DNA of 63,566 bases, filler included, from Sminthopsis crassicaudata (Eukaryota), in NCBI RefSeq assembly GCF_048593235.1. It is 4 parts of 4 records of this genome, joined end to end, with 100 filler letters (N's around TTAATTAATTAA, not from the genome) between each part and the next. Parts side by side here need not be neighbours in the genome. Positions count along the whole stretch, not along the records: positions 1 to 29,253 come from NC_133621.1; 3 more parts are not named here. One strand, 5' to 3'. Positions 1-13,244 of the stretch are shown here, piece after piece. The notes below the pieces were generated by a model, which had not been told where the DNA came from, did no database searches, and saw only the letters and a program-made list of their open reading frames with translations. Each line of letters begins with the position of its first letter. Position 1 is the stretch's first letter. Both the position numbers and the translations under genes were made by a program.

Positions 1-1644
1 CCTTTGTCTCACAGTATTTCTGTAAGCCTCAGGTTCATGCCCTTTGAAGGCTTTTAGTCATGTAAATTAGGCCTACTTAAAAATAATGATAGATTAACTC
101 CTTAGCTAACTGAGAGATAGTGCCAAGCAATTTAATGATTAATCTCAAAAACCTCAGAATCTGCTAAAATGTTTTAGCAGTTCTATAACTTTAACTATTT
201 CTGCAGACCTAAGTTGGTCAGTTCAAAGGCTACAGATATGTCAGGTTTCTTTTTTTTCCTTTTGATGTAGCAGTTAAAATCTTTCCCTATCTCAGAACTA
301 GTCCTTTCTCTCCCTAGCTAAAAGCTATTTGCATATTAAATCCCAAATAGCCAGATATTTTCCTTTGTAATTCAGCTGACTGAGAGAAACCTAGAAGGCA
401 AAAACTAGGTATGCTTTCTCAATCTTGCTCTCACTGTCTGTGCCCGCCTGCAAGCACACCCCTCCCCCCCCCCCCACACACAGACACATTGCTTTTCTAA
501 CTCAATGCCACAGCCATAGGAGCTGGCCAGCTGGGAAGGCAAACAAATTGTTCTGCAGAAAGCAACCACTAGGCTGCATAGTCATTCTAAAGGTTCCTTT
601 GAATTTATGCCCAATAAGTATACTTTGGACAAAAGACATTTGCTCCTAGTGAAGCACCTGCCCAAATCATCTTCATTTTATTCTTCCCTGTAAATTTTGG
701 TACTTCATCCCAGTTCTTCCTAAAGGGCTGTCTTCTGGGACACTAGATAGGTTTTTAGAGCCAGCTAACTTAGATTGTCTTCTTTGGTGGAAAACTCACC
801 TGATCTAACCAAAGAGAAATTGGAGTACTTTTTTGGATTCTGTCCACTTAGCTTCCCAACATTAAAGTTAAATAGGAGTACTTTTACAGTCTCTGACCAC
901 TTAGAGTCTCTTTCCCCTCATCAGTTTCTTGTCTACCTGCATTGTACATAACTTACCTGACTGATTCTAAACTTTTCTCTGCTGGCCTATCTCTTGAGCC
1001 AGAATAATCCTCTATCTTTGCTAGTCATTTTTGTTTTCTCTGTGTGTCTTTCTTTGGGAACTTATCCAATGAAAGCAGGAGTTCCCAAGCCAAGTCTAAG
1101 GATCACCAGAGAACTCTCCAGAAAGTGCCTGCCCAAGGATTTGGTATGGGAGAGACACCTTGCAAACAGAAAATATCCTGAACAAGCCTTAAAAATTGTG
1201 TGGGACAGTTATGACCCCTAGCCAAATTAAAATCTGAGATTTCCAAGGCAGAAAAAAAAACAGACAAAAAAAGGATTTATTACTATCTAGAAAGAAAAGG
1301 CAACTTCCAACAGGCAAGGTGTCATCAGCAAAGGAGTGCAAAGCACAAACTGCAAAACACATAGACTCTAATGCAAAAGCCCTCCTCCCCTTTTCTGGTT
1401 CTTCTTCCCATGACTCCCATTTTGACCTGAAAATCTACCCCAGAGTCAAAGAATACTAGTCAATAACACAATCTTTACCATAAGTACTTAATTGCTAATG
1501 AAAAAGTGAAGAGGGTCAGAAGAGGAATGTAAGTTTATCTAAAATAATCGAACACCTGCAGCTTTTAGCTGTAGTTCAACTTGTTATTGCAGTCTCAAGT
1601 CACAATTAGGGCATAGGTTGAGATCATATTCTTATGAAAGGTCC

Positions 1645-1785
1645 TTCACTCAGTTCATCCCAATCAGTGTGAACAGTAGTAGCATCTATCTCATAGGGTT
1701 GTTGCAAGAATCAAATGAAATAATGTTTGTAAAATGCTTTTGTTAAACTTAAAGCACTACATAAATGGAAGTTATTGCTGTTGTC
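1645..1785 (+). mobile_element. MIR-family SINE 3' part
   Basis: ctcatagggttgttgcaagaatcaaatgaaataatgtttgtaaaatgc. Confidence 0.75.
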
Positions 1786-2799
1786 ATTTTAATATTTGCT
1801 TCTATCTTTAACAGTTCTATTTTCCTACCTTTTACTTGCCATAAGTCAGACATTATTTAGAGAAATCACAAAGGTTTAGTTTTTAACATGTTTTATTAAA
1901 AGAGTTGAGGGAAAAAACCTCTGTATTTGTCTGATAAAATTAGGTCAAAACAATGTCAACAAAGGTGAAGTTACAAAGAAAATCAAATGTAAGCATCCAA
2001 GGGCATGAAGAAACCAAATGATTTCCCCCACTCCACCCCCTTTTTTTATTTGTAGCTCTATCAGTTGGACTCAATGAAGGGATTTCAGAAAAAACTTTTC
2101 AACTCACTAATAATTTCTGAAATATTAGTCATTATTTTTTATTTATAGGTTAAATACACAGGGACATAATCATTGTCTAAAATGCTATCATTTTATCATG
2201 GTAACTTTCCCTTTCATTTCCCAAAATAAATTAACATCAATTTTATGTTCATGTATTTTAAAGAAGTTTCATAATATGGATGAAATTATGTGTTAGCATA
2301 TACCTTTGAATTTTTGCCTGAAGGGAGAATTACATAATAGAAAATTGACTGAATATAGTATGTTTTTTTAATTGTATTGTTTTAATAACAATAATTGCTT
2401 TTCCAACTTGTTCAAATAGTTTTATTAAACAAAAGCAATTTAAAAACCAAAGGTTGGAACTCTGCTTCTCTGCACTTCATATATGTGAATAATTTCTATG
2501 TACAGTATGTGAAATCTTAATAGGTCTTTAGGATATCATTAATTGTGATGAAAACCCCCTCTTTTAATGGCTAGAGACAGTTTGACAATCATAGAAGTTT
2601 GCTTTGAAGAACCTATTTTTATAATCATTAATAAAAACATAATGACTTGTTTTTCTTAATGAATAGTTCATCCTCAGAATTCTTCTGAATCAAGAAGTTA
2701 TCTGTGATTTCATTTTTCTACTTCCTTAGAGAATATCTTCTTCATGTTCAAGATGATTACTTCTCAGCATTAATAACCCATTTAGTTTGAGACAAATGA

Positions 2800-3900
2800 A
2801 CTCAAAAACATCAAACTATTTATTGATTATTTACTATGTGCCAGGCACTGTGCTAAGTGCTAGAGAAAGAATGAAGCAAACAAAACAATCTCTACCTTTA
2901 ATAATCTTAAATGTTAATGGAAAAAAACAGCAGGTAAAGGGAAACTGACAATAAGGAGAAGAAGTGTGGAGAGTTGAGTCTTAAATGAGGAGAAGGGTAT
3001 CTAGGATCATTTCTGAGGTTGTAGTCTGGAAAAGTGAGTCACCATTGAATGAGGTTTCTCCACAGTGATAATGCGCCTGGTATAAAAGAATGAAAAGTGT
3101 TCAGAGACTTGAGTTGAGACAATGGAATCATTGTCCCTATTAAAAATATCTTATATTTCAGGCAGAAGTCCTTTAAAAAAATTGAAAATTGAAATTGTTG
3201 AAAACACCTTATTTTATATTGAAGTATGCAATTTATCCAAGTTAGGTGGTTTGCGTAACATTTCAAAGTTTTAGACATTTATTTGACCCAGAATGATCTC
3301 AGAATCTTTTGACTAATGATTTGGAAAAGAAAAAAGGAAACAAACAAGATTTATGTAAAAACTTCTTCACTGTAATAAATTCCTTGTTCATATTTTATAA
3401 AGAAATCTACTTTAAAACACCAAGAGAGTATAGAGAGATGAAAGAAGACTTCAGCCAGAATCTTAGGAGACTTAGTTGGCAGGAAGAGGAGGATCCCAAG
3501 GAGAACACTGAGAAAGAGTGGTCAGACAGGTAAGAATAGAACTAAGAAAAGGTCAATGTTATGTAAGCCAGAGGAGGAAAGTGCATCCAGTAGGGATGGG
3601 GTGACTGGGTTGAAAGTTAAAGAGTAGTAAAATAAAAGGAAGACTAAGAAAAAAGATCTAGTAATTAAAAGATTATTCATAATCTAGTAGAGAGCAATTT
3701 CTTTTGAGTAATAGTATTAAAATTAGTGTTCAAGGGAATAAGAAATGGGAAATGATAAAGGATTTATTATAAATTATTGGATTCATTATGTGCCAGATTT
3801 TGCAAAATATTGGGAATACAAATATGAGCAAGTAAGATAGCCCTCTCCCTCAGAGAGCTTATATTTTAATGGTAGAAGGACAACACATTAAGAGGGTTAT
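2800..3900 (-). mobile_element. LINE-2 remnants
   Basis: tttactatgtgccaggcactgtgctaagtgc (L2 3' end, minus) followed by purine-rich L2 body. Similar remnants at about 8500-8700, 18380-19050, 29354-30300 and 61380-61830. Confidence 0.65.
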
Positions 3901-4664
3901 TGAAAGGAGAAGGACACTTATGTGGGAGGCGTAATGAAACTACAGGAATATCATGGAGGCCTGGTTTCTGGCAAAACCAGAAAGCTTTATCAGACAGTAA
4001 TAATTAAAATATTATTTCTTTTACTCCCACCCTCATCATGTCAAGGGAAAGCCAAGAATGAAACAAGAATTTCTTTGGGATGGAAATGAAAGCAAAGAGG
4101 AGAGATATCCAAGTAAATTTTTGGCTTTCAAAAGGAAAAGAGATGCAGGATGATTGCTTAAAGAAACAGTAATATCAAATAAAAGCATTTAAAAGAAGGG
4201 GGAGAACTGGGTGCTTTTGGAAATCAACACATTGAGGGGCGGGGTGGTGGTGGTGAGGAGAGATTCTACATGAGAGAAATGATAATGGAGAAAAGATGAA
4301 GGGAAAGTTTGGAGACCAAGAGCACAATGAAGGGATTACCCTTGGCTAAAAGAAAGTAACTCCTAGCCTCTTCATCAGAATTTTTTAATCCAATTTTTTT
4401 TTCCAATTGCAACTATAGCATTCTCTCTATTGTACTTGTTGTTGTTTAGAATTTTTTCATTCATGATCCCATTTGCATTTTCTTGGCAAAGAAATTTTTC
4501 ATTTCCTTTTGCTCATTTTTGGAAAGGAAAAATGAGGCAAACAGGTAGTACCAAGACCAGATTTGAAATCAGGAAGAAAGGTCTTCTGTTTTCCATTATA
4601 AGTTGATAGTGATATTAGCAGTATAATATTGGGAATATCATTATAGTTGATACTTTTCATAGTT

Positions 4665-4775
4665 TTTCAATAATATATATACAATACATATATATATGTA
4701 TATATATACATATATATATTGTATATAATATATTGCATATATATTGTATATATATATATACAATATATATACAAT
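4665..4775. repeat. Degenerate (TA)n low-complexity tract
   Basis: Read directly. Confidence 0.9.
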
Positions 4776-5787
4776 AGGCATTAGGTTATTTCATAGAAAT
4801 AAAAAAGGAGTGCAATAATAATTACTTCACCTAATTACTTACTTTCTCAGTGTAAGTGAATAAAATCATTAATTCTTCAGTGGAATGTATGTGAGTTCAT
4901 GAGTTGTGATTCAGTATGTGTGTGTCTGCTTTTTACATGGGAGTAATATTTTTTAATCTATGAATTCATCAATTGTTGAATATTACACTTTTCTAATTAT
5001 GTTGTGAACTCTGAAACATAAAATAATCTGCTTTACTTATGTTATTATGGCACATTAGAAAATATGATTGATTGTCAGTAGACATCTATGGTAATAGACT
5101 AAAGTTAGATCATTTAAGATTGCTTCTGTTTGTGACTCAGATTGCTTCATCCTTTAAAAGTCAGCAGAATTTGCTATAAAATGTATAGCAAAATTTTGCT
5201 ATACAGTTAATAATAGCTTATAAAAAGGGTATTAAATTTTCCTTTGTTATATAGAATGTGAAAGTGGGTAATTATTGTCTTTCTGACCTGGATTTAAAAA
5301 ATGAAAGTATAATTTATTCAATACAAATGCTAATAAAATACCTAATATATTTTCATAACACCTATTATTTAACTTTTTGAATAGCAAAAAAACTTGGAAA
5401 TTTTGTTTGATTTTGGGTTGGAGTAGTTTTTCTATTAGAGATGACAATATAACATTTTCATTTTTATATGCAGAATTGAATTTACTTCTATATTTAGATC
5501 CTATGAGTATGAATAATGAATCCCATGGAGTAATCTTGTTTTTTTAATTCAAGATACATATTTCCATTGGGCTGGAACCAGTTACCCTATTGTATAATTA
5601 TAACTTCAAATAGTCCTTTCTAGGATTAATAATTTACTCTAAATTTATGTATCTATTCAAGAATTACTTGGACCAGGGAAACCTTGATTATATTTAATTA
5701 TATTCCTACCACTATCAGCTAATCTCTTGTTTCAATCCTGTGCCACTCTTTATGATTCTTTTGTTTTTTTGCTTGCTGTTTGTTTTT

Positions 5788-5971
5788 GAGGCAGAGATGC
5801 TGGAATGGTTTGCCATTTCTTTCTCCAGCTCATTTTATAGATAAGGAAACCAGGCAAACAGGGTTAAGTTACTTTCTCAGGTCACACAGCTAGTAAGTAA
5901 GCTAAGGCCAGATTTGAACTTAGAAAAATGAGTCTTCCTGATTCCAGTTCTGGTACCACCACTTAGCTGCT
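5788..5971 (-). mobile_element. Mar1-like CORE-SINE
   Basis: gctggaatggtttgccatttcttctccagctcatttta...ggtcacacagctagt...gagtcttcctgattcc. Confidence 0.8.
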
Positions 5972-7022
5972 AATGTCTAATTTACATGTGATGCAGTAAC
6001 TATTCTGGATTAACTAGAGAAGATTGCATTTGGTGATTTGAGTGGGCATGAAATGGGCTTTGACACTGATGGCTTGTCATCTTTCAAGTCAAATGGAGTG
6101 TGTTCTTTCTTTTAATTTAGAGAACTTTTTCTCAGAATCTTGACATTCTTGGAAGTACTGAACTAGTGAATATGAATAATGTTCTTTCTAAACTATATTT
6201 TTTTAAAAAGCTTTTTTTTCCTTAATTAAAAAAAATGAAAATGCTTGGAATTCCAGTCTGGATTTATTTCCTGCCATTGATGTACACAATTTGTTTTGAG
6301 CTTTAAAGTACGATCAAATAATTTTATATCTCTGTGTAATAAGTATGCACCTCATTTTTCTTTGCTCTTAATGTGTTTTTGTTTTTACTTTTCTATTAAT
6401 TTCAAAGAAACAATTGCTTTAAAAAGTCCTTTACAAAGTCCAATGTTTTAAATTGATATTTTTGATTAATTAAAAGGGAAATAGCTATTTTTGCCTTTCT
6501 TTGTGCCTTTTACACTTCTATAAAGTGCCTGGCCCATAGCAAGCATTTAGTAAATGCTTATAATCAATAGTCCTAATTGAACCACAATGTCCTCTTCAAA
6601 GAGTACTATAAGACTATGAAAAGTCAAGGCAAAAATAAGCCACTTAAATAATGATTTTTTTTTTCCTTAAGTAAGTAAAACTCAAGGACAGAATAAGTGA
6701 GATAATACTTCCAGATCCTAAACACCTAACATTACATGTTTCTTAGTTTCCTTCTGGGGTAATCTGGAACTAATGATCTTAAGAGCTAAGGAAGGGATCC
6801 TCTGAATTTGTATCTTTGAGTTGCCTTATTTTCCAGAAACACTGGACCCAGAGCAAGTAGGAGACCATGAATGTGTCAAAGACAAAAACCACTGACGTTA
6901 CTAACAGCATTCATTTGGAATAGCATTTGAAGATGGGAGAGAAAAACCACCAGACATCTGCTTGTTAATAATGTTTAACAGAAAACAAGTAATTTATTTA
7001 ATTGATCCTATTTTTCTTTCAG

Positions 7023-7244
7023 GCACGAAGGAAGGAGGTGTTTGTTCAGGAACGATATGGAAGGTTTAACCTAAATGACCCATTCCTGGCTCTGCAGAGG
7101 GACTATGAAGCAGGTGTCGGGGATGCAGAGAAGCCAGTTTGTACCAACCCCCTGTCCATTTTGGATGCTGTCATGGCTCATTGCAGGAAAATGCAGGCGA
7201 GAATGTCCACACAGCTGGCTGCTGCTGAAAACAGACAAAAGAAG
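7023..7244 (+). CDS. CTTNBP2: CTTNBP2 coding exon 3 (N-terminal CortBP2 coiled-coil region), 222 nt, phase 0/0
   Basis: Acceptor tttttctttcag (AG 7021-7022) and donor AAG|gtactt (GT 7245-7246). Translation [74 protein letters not shown] closely matches recalled human CTTNBP2 ([31 protein letters not shown]...), not paralog CTTNBP2NL; apparently one residue shorter than human. Confidence 0.96.
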
Positions 7245-9774
7245 GTACTTTAAGTGCTAAGTTACTCTTTTTAAAATTTTCATTTTCATTCCCCCCCTAT
7301 TTCTTAGTCGAAATACTCACTTCCAACTGCTAGTTCTTTTGTGTTCATGCAGGTGAGTGTCTTTCCAGGTCTGCTCTAGTAAACCCAAAGTGGTAGAGAT
7401 AAAACTCCAAATGTTACCACTCCTGAAAGGTAACAGATGGCAGTATTGTGTGTCTGGGCAGTGAGAATAAGAATTGATTAAATAAAAGTGAAGTCTCTCA
7501 TACCATCATTTATATAGTTCAGATGTAGCATTAGTATCAAGATAGAGAAACCTTTGAGTGATATGCTTTGTTTTCAAAAATCAATTCTTAAGTAATTTCT
7601 TTCTGCTCTAACATATGTTAGAAATTACTTTCATATAATCGTCTTTTGATTTATTTTCATAAATGTCATTTACTGACAAAATCCATATCTCAATGTTTCT
7701 AGAGGATTTCTCAATTTATTTTTAAATTAACACTTACAAAATGCATTTATAAACTATAATAATATTGGAATAGAAGAAACTTTGATTTAAAAACTACAAT
7801 ATACAAAGCTTTCATGTGGATATGGAAGAATTGACCCTTATCTTCTGAAATACTGCTGCTATTCTGTCATTTAAATGCAACTTCCTACCTTGGTTGTATT
7901 TATTCATGTAGAAAGGAATATATAATAGGCCAGAGTCAATTCCGCTTTGTGCCCAAATACTCCAATAATACTAAAATATGATACAGCTGCTAATAGTTTT
8001 TCTTGTTAACTGACAAATGCTGGCAGCCAAGGACTCAAAGTTTCTTTAGGATTATTCATTAGGATCACTTTTAGGTCCCTCCTGGTCTATTCCCTGAGGT
8101 AACTAAAACTGAAAGCAAGCAGTATGTATTTTTAGATGAATGGTAAGAGTGAAATAGAAATCCTGGAGACATTTTTGCAAATTCAAATTTCATGAAATGC
8201 CTTTTTTATACAGAAATTATATAACTGCTGAAGTAGTTATATTTTGAGTTGCAGTTCTATTTCTTACTACTTTCTTTGCTTTGCCTTTCTGATTTAAATA
8301 ACTTATCTTCACAGTAACTAGCTAGGCCCCTGGACTCACTACCCACCTTCTATCCTAGTTTTTAATCTTATATCCTTCCCACCCCCACTCCCCACCCATT
8401 TGCTACTTCTATTCCTGTCCCTGCTGTGTTATGGGACAAATCCAAGAAACATGCTTTTACATTGTGTTATGTGGCTGACTGAATGATTACTCATATGAAT
8501 TACAATATATGAATGAATGAATAAAAAGCAATTATTAAGTACCTACAATATACCAAACACTGTGCTAGGTATTGTAGGTGGTATATAAATACAAAAATGA
8601 AGCAAACTCTTCCATTATAACATGTATATTTTAATAAGAGAAGAGAATACATATAAGGGAAGGGTAATAGAAAAAGGAGTCTAATCTAGGGAGTTATGTG
8701 AATGGTAAGTAAAGACATAAAGTAGTCAGTGATGGTATTTATTCTATTACCATTCAAATAAAAAAGTGGAAAAAGGAACACTTTTGGAAGTTATGTGTGA
8801 ATAGCAGAGAGGATGACAGGTTGGGTGGGTGGAATGTGAAGAATGGTCTTAGGTAAGCTGGATAAAGTGGGTAGGATGAGTTCATACTCCTTCAGGACTT
8901 TGTGGCCCCAGTGAAAAGCACCAACACTAAGTGGATTGTCTGAAACAAGGAGTAGTACTAGGGGAATGGTCTAGAAGTCTGATCTTAAGGGTCACTGATT
9001 TAGATGGGAGAGAAAAGGGTACAAGTTGCAACAGATGTCATGGTATCTGAAGTGGGTTATTGTTTGGGATCTGATAAGCATTTCCTTTGTTCTTATCACT
9101 CTCTGCTACTTATCCCATTCCAATAAGATGAAGATTTATTTGATTTACAAGATCCAGAGGATAGGTTTGGGGTCTTCTTCCATCTCTATTTCTCCAGCTC
9201 CTATATGTCATGCACATGTTTAATATTTGTTGAACTGAATGAATACTCATGAAACATCTCTAATATATACATTGATTTGAACTACTACCATTTCTGCATC
9301 ATTGATTCTCTAGTCTGCAGTTCACCCTAACTGCTTTATAATTGCTTTTAAACTCATTTCCTTCACAGCTGGTAACTAATTCTTGGAAAAAATGGAGACC
9401 ATGAGACATAAATTCCTCTGCCTTTAAGTCTCTGAATTCTCATCTTCTTCCTTTCCCCACCCCCATCTTATTATATCAACTGGTCTTATTTCCCAAGAGC
9501 TTCAGGTCAGAATATTTCTTTCATTACCTTCATGGGAATAGTCAGTAGCTACACACTAAAAATGTATTTTCTGCCACCTGAGGGAAACCATGCCCTACTT
9601 TATCTTTATCTTCCCTGACCTTATATCTTACATTGTTTTTCAGACTTATTCCTTTAAGAATATCTCCAATTTTGAATGTCTCTTCTTTCTCCTTGCCCTC
9701 TATCCCAACTATTTATGGCATCTTTTCATTCCATTTCCTCCTTCCCATCTTTCTTTGAAATTTTAAGAAGATTC

Positions 9775-10315
9775 TAAAGCTCACCTAGCAGGAAAAGATA
9801 CCAGACACTGAGATTGTTTCTCGAACTAAATTGCCAAGCAATCCAGTTCTACTGCAGAGAACACAACTCTGTCAAGCTGGCAACACTGTTCAAATGCCAA
9901 ATGTACTTTTACCAAAAAAATATTTAATGGAGAACTCACACAGGGCAAGAACTCACAAGGTAACCAGAAAAAAGTGATACAAGGACACTTTCAAGGTATC
10001 TCTTAAGAACTTTAGCATTAATTTTTGACATTGGAGACACTGACACAGGAACTCCCAGCATATTGTACTTTTAAGTCTATCAGTGAAGGTGTTATGCTCT
10101 ATGAGCAAAGGAGAATGGAATTAACCCAAAGGAAATAAGAAATATGCAAAATTATGCATTCTTCAAATGCTTCATATGGACTATTTGTGTCCAATCTATG
10201 GCAGAGCATTCTGAGCTCAGGTTGATCTGATTAGCCACAGTGGGACCCCCCTGTAACTCAATTCTAACACAGTGATGTCATTTTGGTCCTCTTTGAAAAC
10301 AAAGGACAACAAGCA
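9775..10315 (+). mobile_element. RTE (BovB-clade, RTE1_Mars-like) LINE 3' end, degenerate
   Basis: Broken frames resemble ...QDKIPDTEVLSR...YGELTQGK...KDTFKVSLKNF...; 3' end gtgatgtcattttggtcctctttgaaaacaaaggacaac. Confidence 0.8.
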
Positions 10316-11084
10316 TTTAATCACTACTGGACAAATGCATTGAATTACCTGATTTCCACAAGGTCTGTCATTCCATTTCTTCTTTAAAACCCTTTATGTC
10401 TTGATTTCAAATATGCTCATTTGTCCTTCATTTGTTGTTTTTTTTTTCCTCTAAAGATTAACTTTGAGTCTCTGTGATTTAGTTTTGAATTCTTTTTTCT
10501 CCTGATATTCTTCTGGTGGTGGTTCATCTGCTTGCATAATTTTAACTAACTCCCTAAGCTTATTGCTTCAGCTGTTGCTTTCTAGTCTTAAGTTATTGTC
10601 ATCATTTTTTTCCCTTTCACTCCTTCTTCATCAGCTCTTCCATTTTCAATTTCTGGCATTTTTCTTCTATGATACTCCAATAAAGTCCTGCTCCAGTGTT
10701 CAATCACAACAAGGAGAATAACCCTGGCCTCTTAAAAATGATGTCAACAGGATATTAATTAGGAAATGGGTATGTTAGTGATAGATGATCTGGTGGGCAT
10801 TAATAACCATATTTGCTAGATTCAGAGAGGCCTATTTCCTTGTTTTGTCCCTAGAAGTTCATAAAGAAGTTCATTATTTTAAAATACAGAAGGTAAAAGG
10901 AATACCTATACTGATAAAGTTATGGATTTTTAAAGTGTATAAGGATTTAGGGTATCTCTTTTTTTTTCCTTTTCTAGATTTTTACCAATCTGTACCCAAA
11001 TTTGGTTCTCATTTACTCTTTTCCTCTTCTCTGCATTGTTGCTATGTTAGTAGCAATTTCAATTAATTAATTATTTTTTTACTA

Positions 11085-11305
11085 GATGTAAGGTTTTGCT
11101 AATGCAGAGATCTTACAGTAAGGAGTTTGCCTCTGCAAGGGCAGAACTTCACCTTTCTGAAACTTAAAAGTATTTAAGAGAGTTTTTAGGGATACTAAGA
11201 GACTGGTTGACTTGCCCAGGGGTCACCCAATGTGGGATGGGTCAGAGGCAGGACTAGAACATGGACAGAGGTTGGCTCTATTTTCACCACAATTTCACCT
11301 CCTCA
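11085..11305 (-). mobile_element. Mar3-like CORE-SINE
   Basis: ggagtttgcctctgc...gacttgcccaggggtcac...tcagaggcaggactagaac; similar remnants near 22080-22285, 41575-41670 and 62280-62380. Confidence 0.6.
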
Positions 11306-12475
11306 CTGACATTTATGTGGCTAACTAAGCTTGCAACTTAATAATACACAGAATCATATAAGCATCATACCCTCCCTGTGATGTAGATTCTTTAGGTGCT
11401 ATTATAACCATTTTATAGGTGAGTAAATTGAAATAGGAAACCAAATTTGGAATCACAAAGATGAATCTTTCTAACTCCAGGTCTATCATTCTATCCACTG
11501 TACACCTAGCTATCATCTAGCTCTCGGTTACCTTTCCAACAAGGTAAAATGCCTCTATGAGTAATAGTGAGATCTACTGCCTTATCCCATATTTAAGGAA
11601 ATGAAAAAAATCTTTCATCCCCAAACTATTTTCTTACATTGTACAATTATCAATCAAATGTATATAAGTTTACTAAAAGTTTTTGGTACCCTCATAATTG
11701 TCTGGCTCTTTTATTTCTATTTCTTTATTTCTATTTCATTCTTCTGACTACCTGCTTTCTTGATTAATTAAGTAATCCAGTCCATCTTCTCCTTTCAAGC
11801 AAATATTGTTATAATGGTCATTTTATAGATGAATAGAAATTAAATGCCTTGCCCAGAATTCCTCAGATAAAAGCAGTAGATTGTCACTAAAATCCAACTG
11901 TTCTATGTCTGCCATGCTACACTGCCAAACATGGCCTCCCTCCCACTAGTTGTCTACAAAAATAGCACCAGTGCAATACTGTTCTTCTCTTCTCTTCACT
12001 AATTTTCTTCTTAATCTCACTATTCTAGAAAGAAATCTCTAGTCCTCTTATGTACTTGTACATTTTGGGCTGAAATTATTAATATGTGAATATTGTTATA
12101 AAAATTTTAGATGTTTGATGTCTCATTCTTATGCAAGGTTAAGTTCCTTCAAGTACAAGAACCAAGTATCGAAGTTCCTTCATCACTTTTAAAGAGTCTG
12201 ATATAATACTTGATGCATAGCCAACATTCAGTCAAGGTTGTCATTGATGTGTTGTAAAAGTTTAGAATTATTATATTACATATATTAGCACATAGTTTCC
12301 TGGTAAGATTCGCTTGCTACTGTGATGAGTAGTCTTTTTAGCCCACTGAAATTAAGTTTTTGGTTGGCAATTGTCTGACAGTCCCCTGTGCTTTGCTCTA
12401 ATTCCTAGGTAAATATTCTAAGATCAGTGATCTGCAGTGTAACTTCATTGGAAGAGAGAGTGAATTTAGTGTAGC

Positions 12476-12476
<1 letters not shown>

Positions 12477-12520
<44 letters not shown>
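12477..12520. repeat. (AC)22 microsatellite
   Basis: Read directly. Confidence 0.97.
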
Positions 12521-12522
<2 letters not shown>

Positions 12523-12649
12523 GGGAAATACTTTGTTTAAAATTTTAATAGTAAGATCATCAATGAAAGGAAAAGGATACTTCAAGGAAATCTGAAAGGA
12601 GAAAGATTGCTGAGTTACATTTGAGCCTCGTTAAAGCTTTAATCTTATG

Positions 12650-12810
12650 CTTTTTTCTTTCTTCTCTCCCTCCTTTCCTTTCTCCTTTCCTGCCTTCCCC
12701 TTCCATCCCCTCTCTCTTTTCCTTCCTGTCCTCTCCTCTTTTTTTCCTTCCCTTCCCTTCTCTCTCTTCTTCTCACCTCTCCTTTTAACTTTAACAAAAA
12801 CTTTTTCTTT
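12650..12810. repeat. Polypyrimidine/polypurine low-complexity tract
   Basis: Almost exclusively C/T on +; a purine-rich counterpart lies at about 49720-49805. Confidence 0.9.
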
Positions 12811-12940
12811 TCTCCATCTGCTTGAGTTTTTGGACATGGTCTTCTTTGGGGCCTATAAACTTATTACATATATAAACTATGTATTGTTTTGGTCTTTCTG
12901 TTTAGTTAAGTCCTATATGACTCTTCATGTTCCCTTTCTG

Positions 12941-13123
12941 TAGCAGAGATTCTGGAGTGGTTTGTCTTTTCAAGCTCATTTTATATATGAGGAACTGAAG
13001 CAAACTGGGTTAAGACTTGCTCTGGATCACACAGCTAGTAGTTTGAGATCAGATTTGAATTAATAAAGATGAGTCTTCCTGATTCCAAGCCCAAAACTTT
13101 ATTTACTGTGCTATCTAGCTGCC
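12941..13123 (-). mobile_element. Mar1-like CORE-SINE
   Basis: Same diagnostic blocks as 5788-5971. Confidence 0.78.
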
Positions 13124-13244
13124 CTTTAATTATTTTACAACCTAAGAAAACAGGTTTTGGCATTCCAATAGGCTGCTGAATTATTTATTGACTTTATGAG
13201 AAAAAACAATCTTCATTAATACTGAAACAGTTTACATTTTGTAA

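Noticed and set aside
6899-6905. TACTAAC as the branch point of exon 3
   Set aside because: About 118 nt upstream of the acceptor with several intervening AGs; not supportable.
12631-12943. Lys/Glu-rich and Phe/Ser-rich ORFs
   Set aside because: Translations of the polypyrimidine tract.
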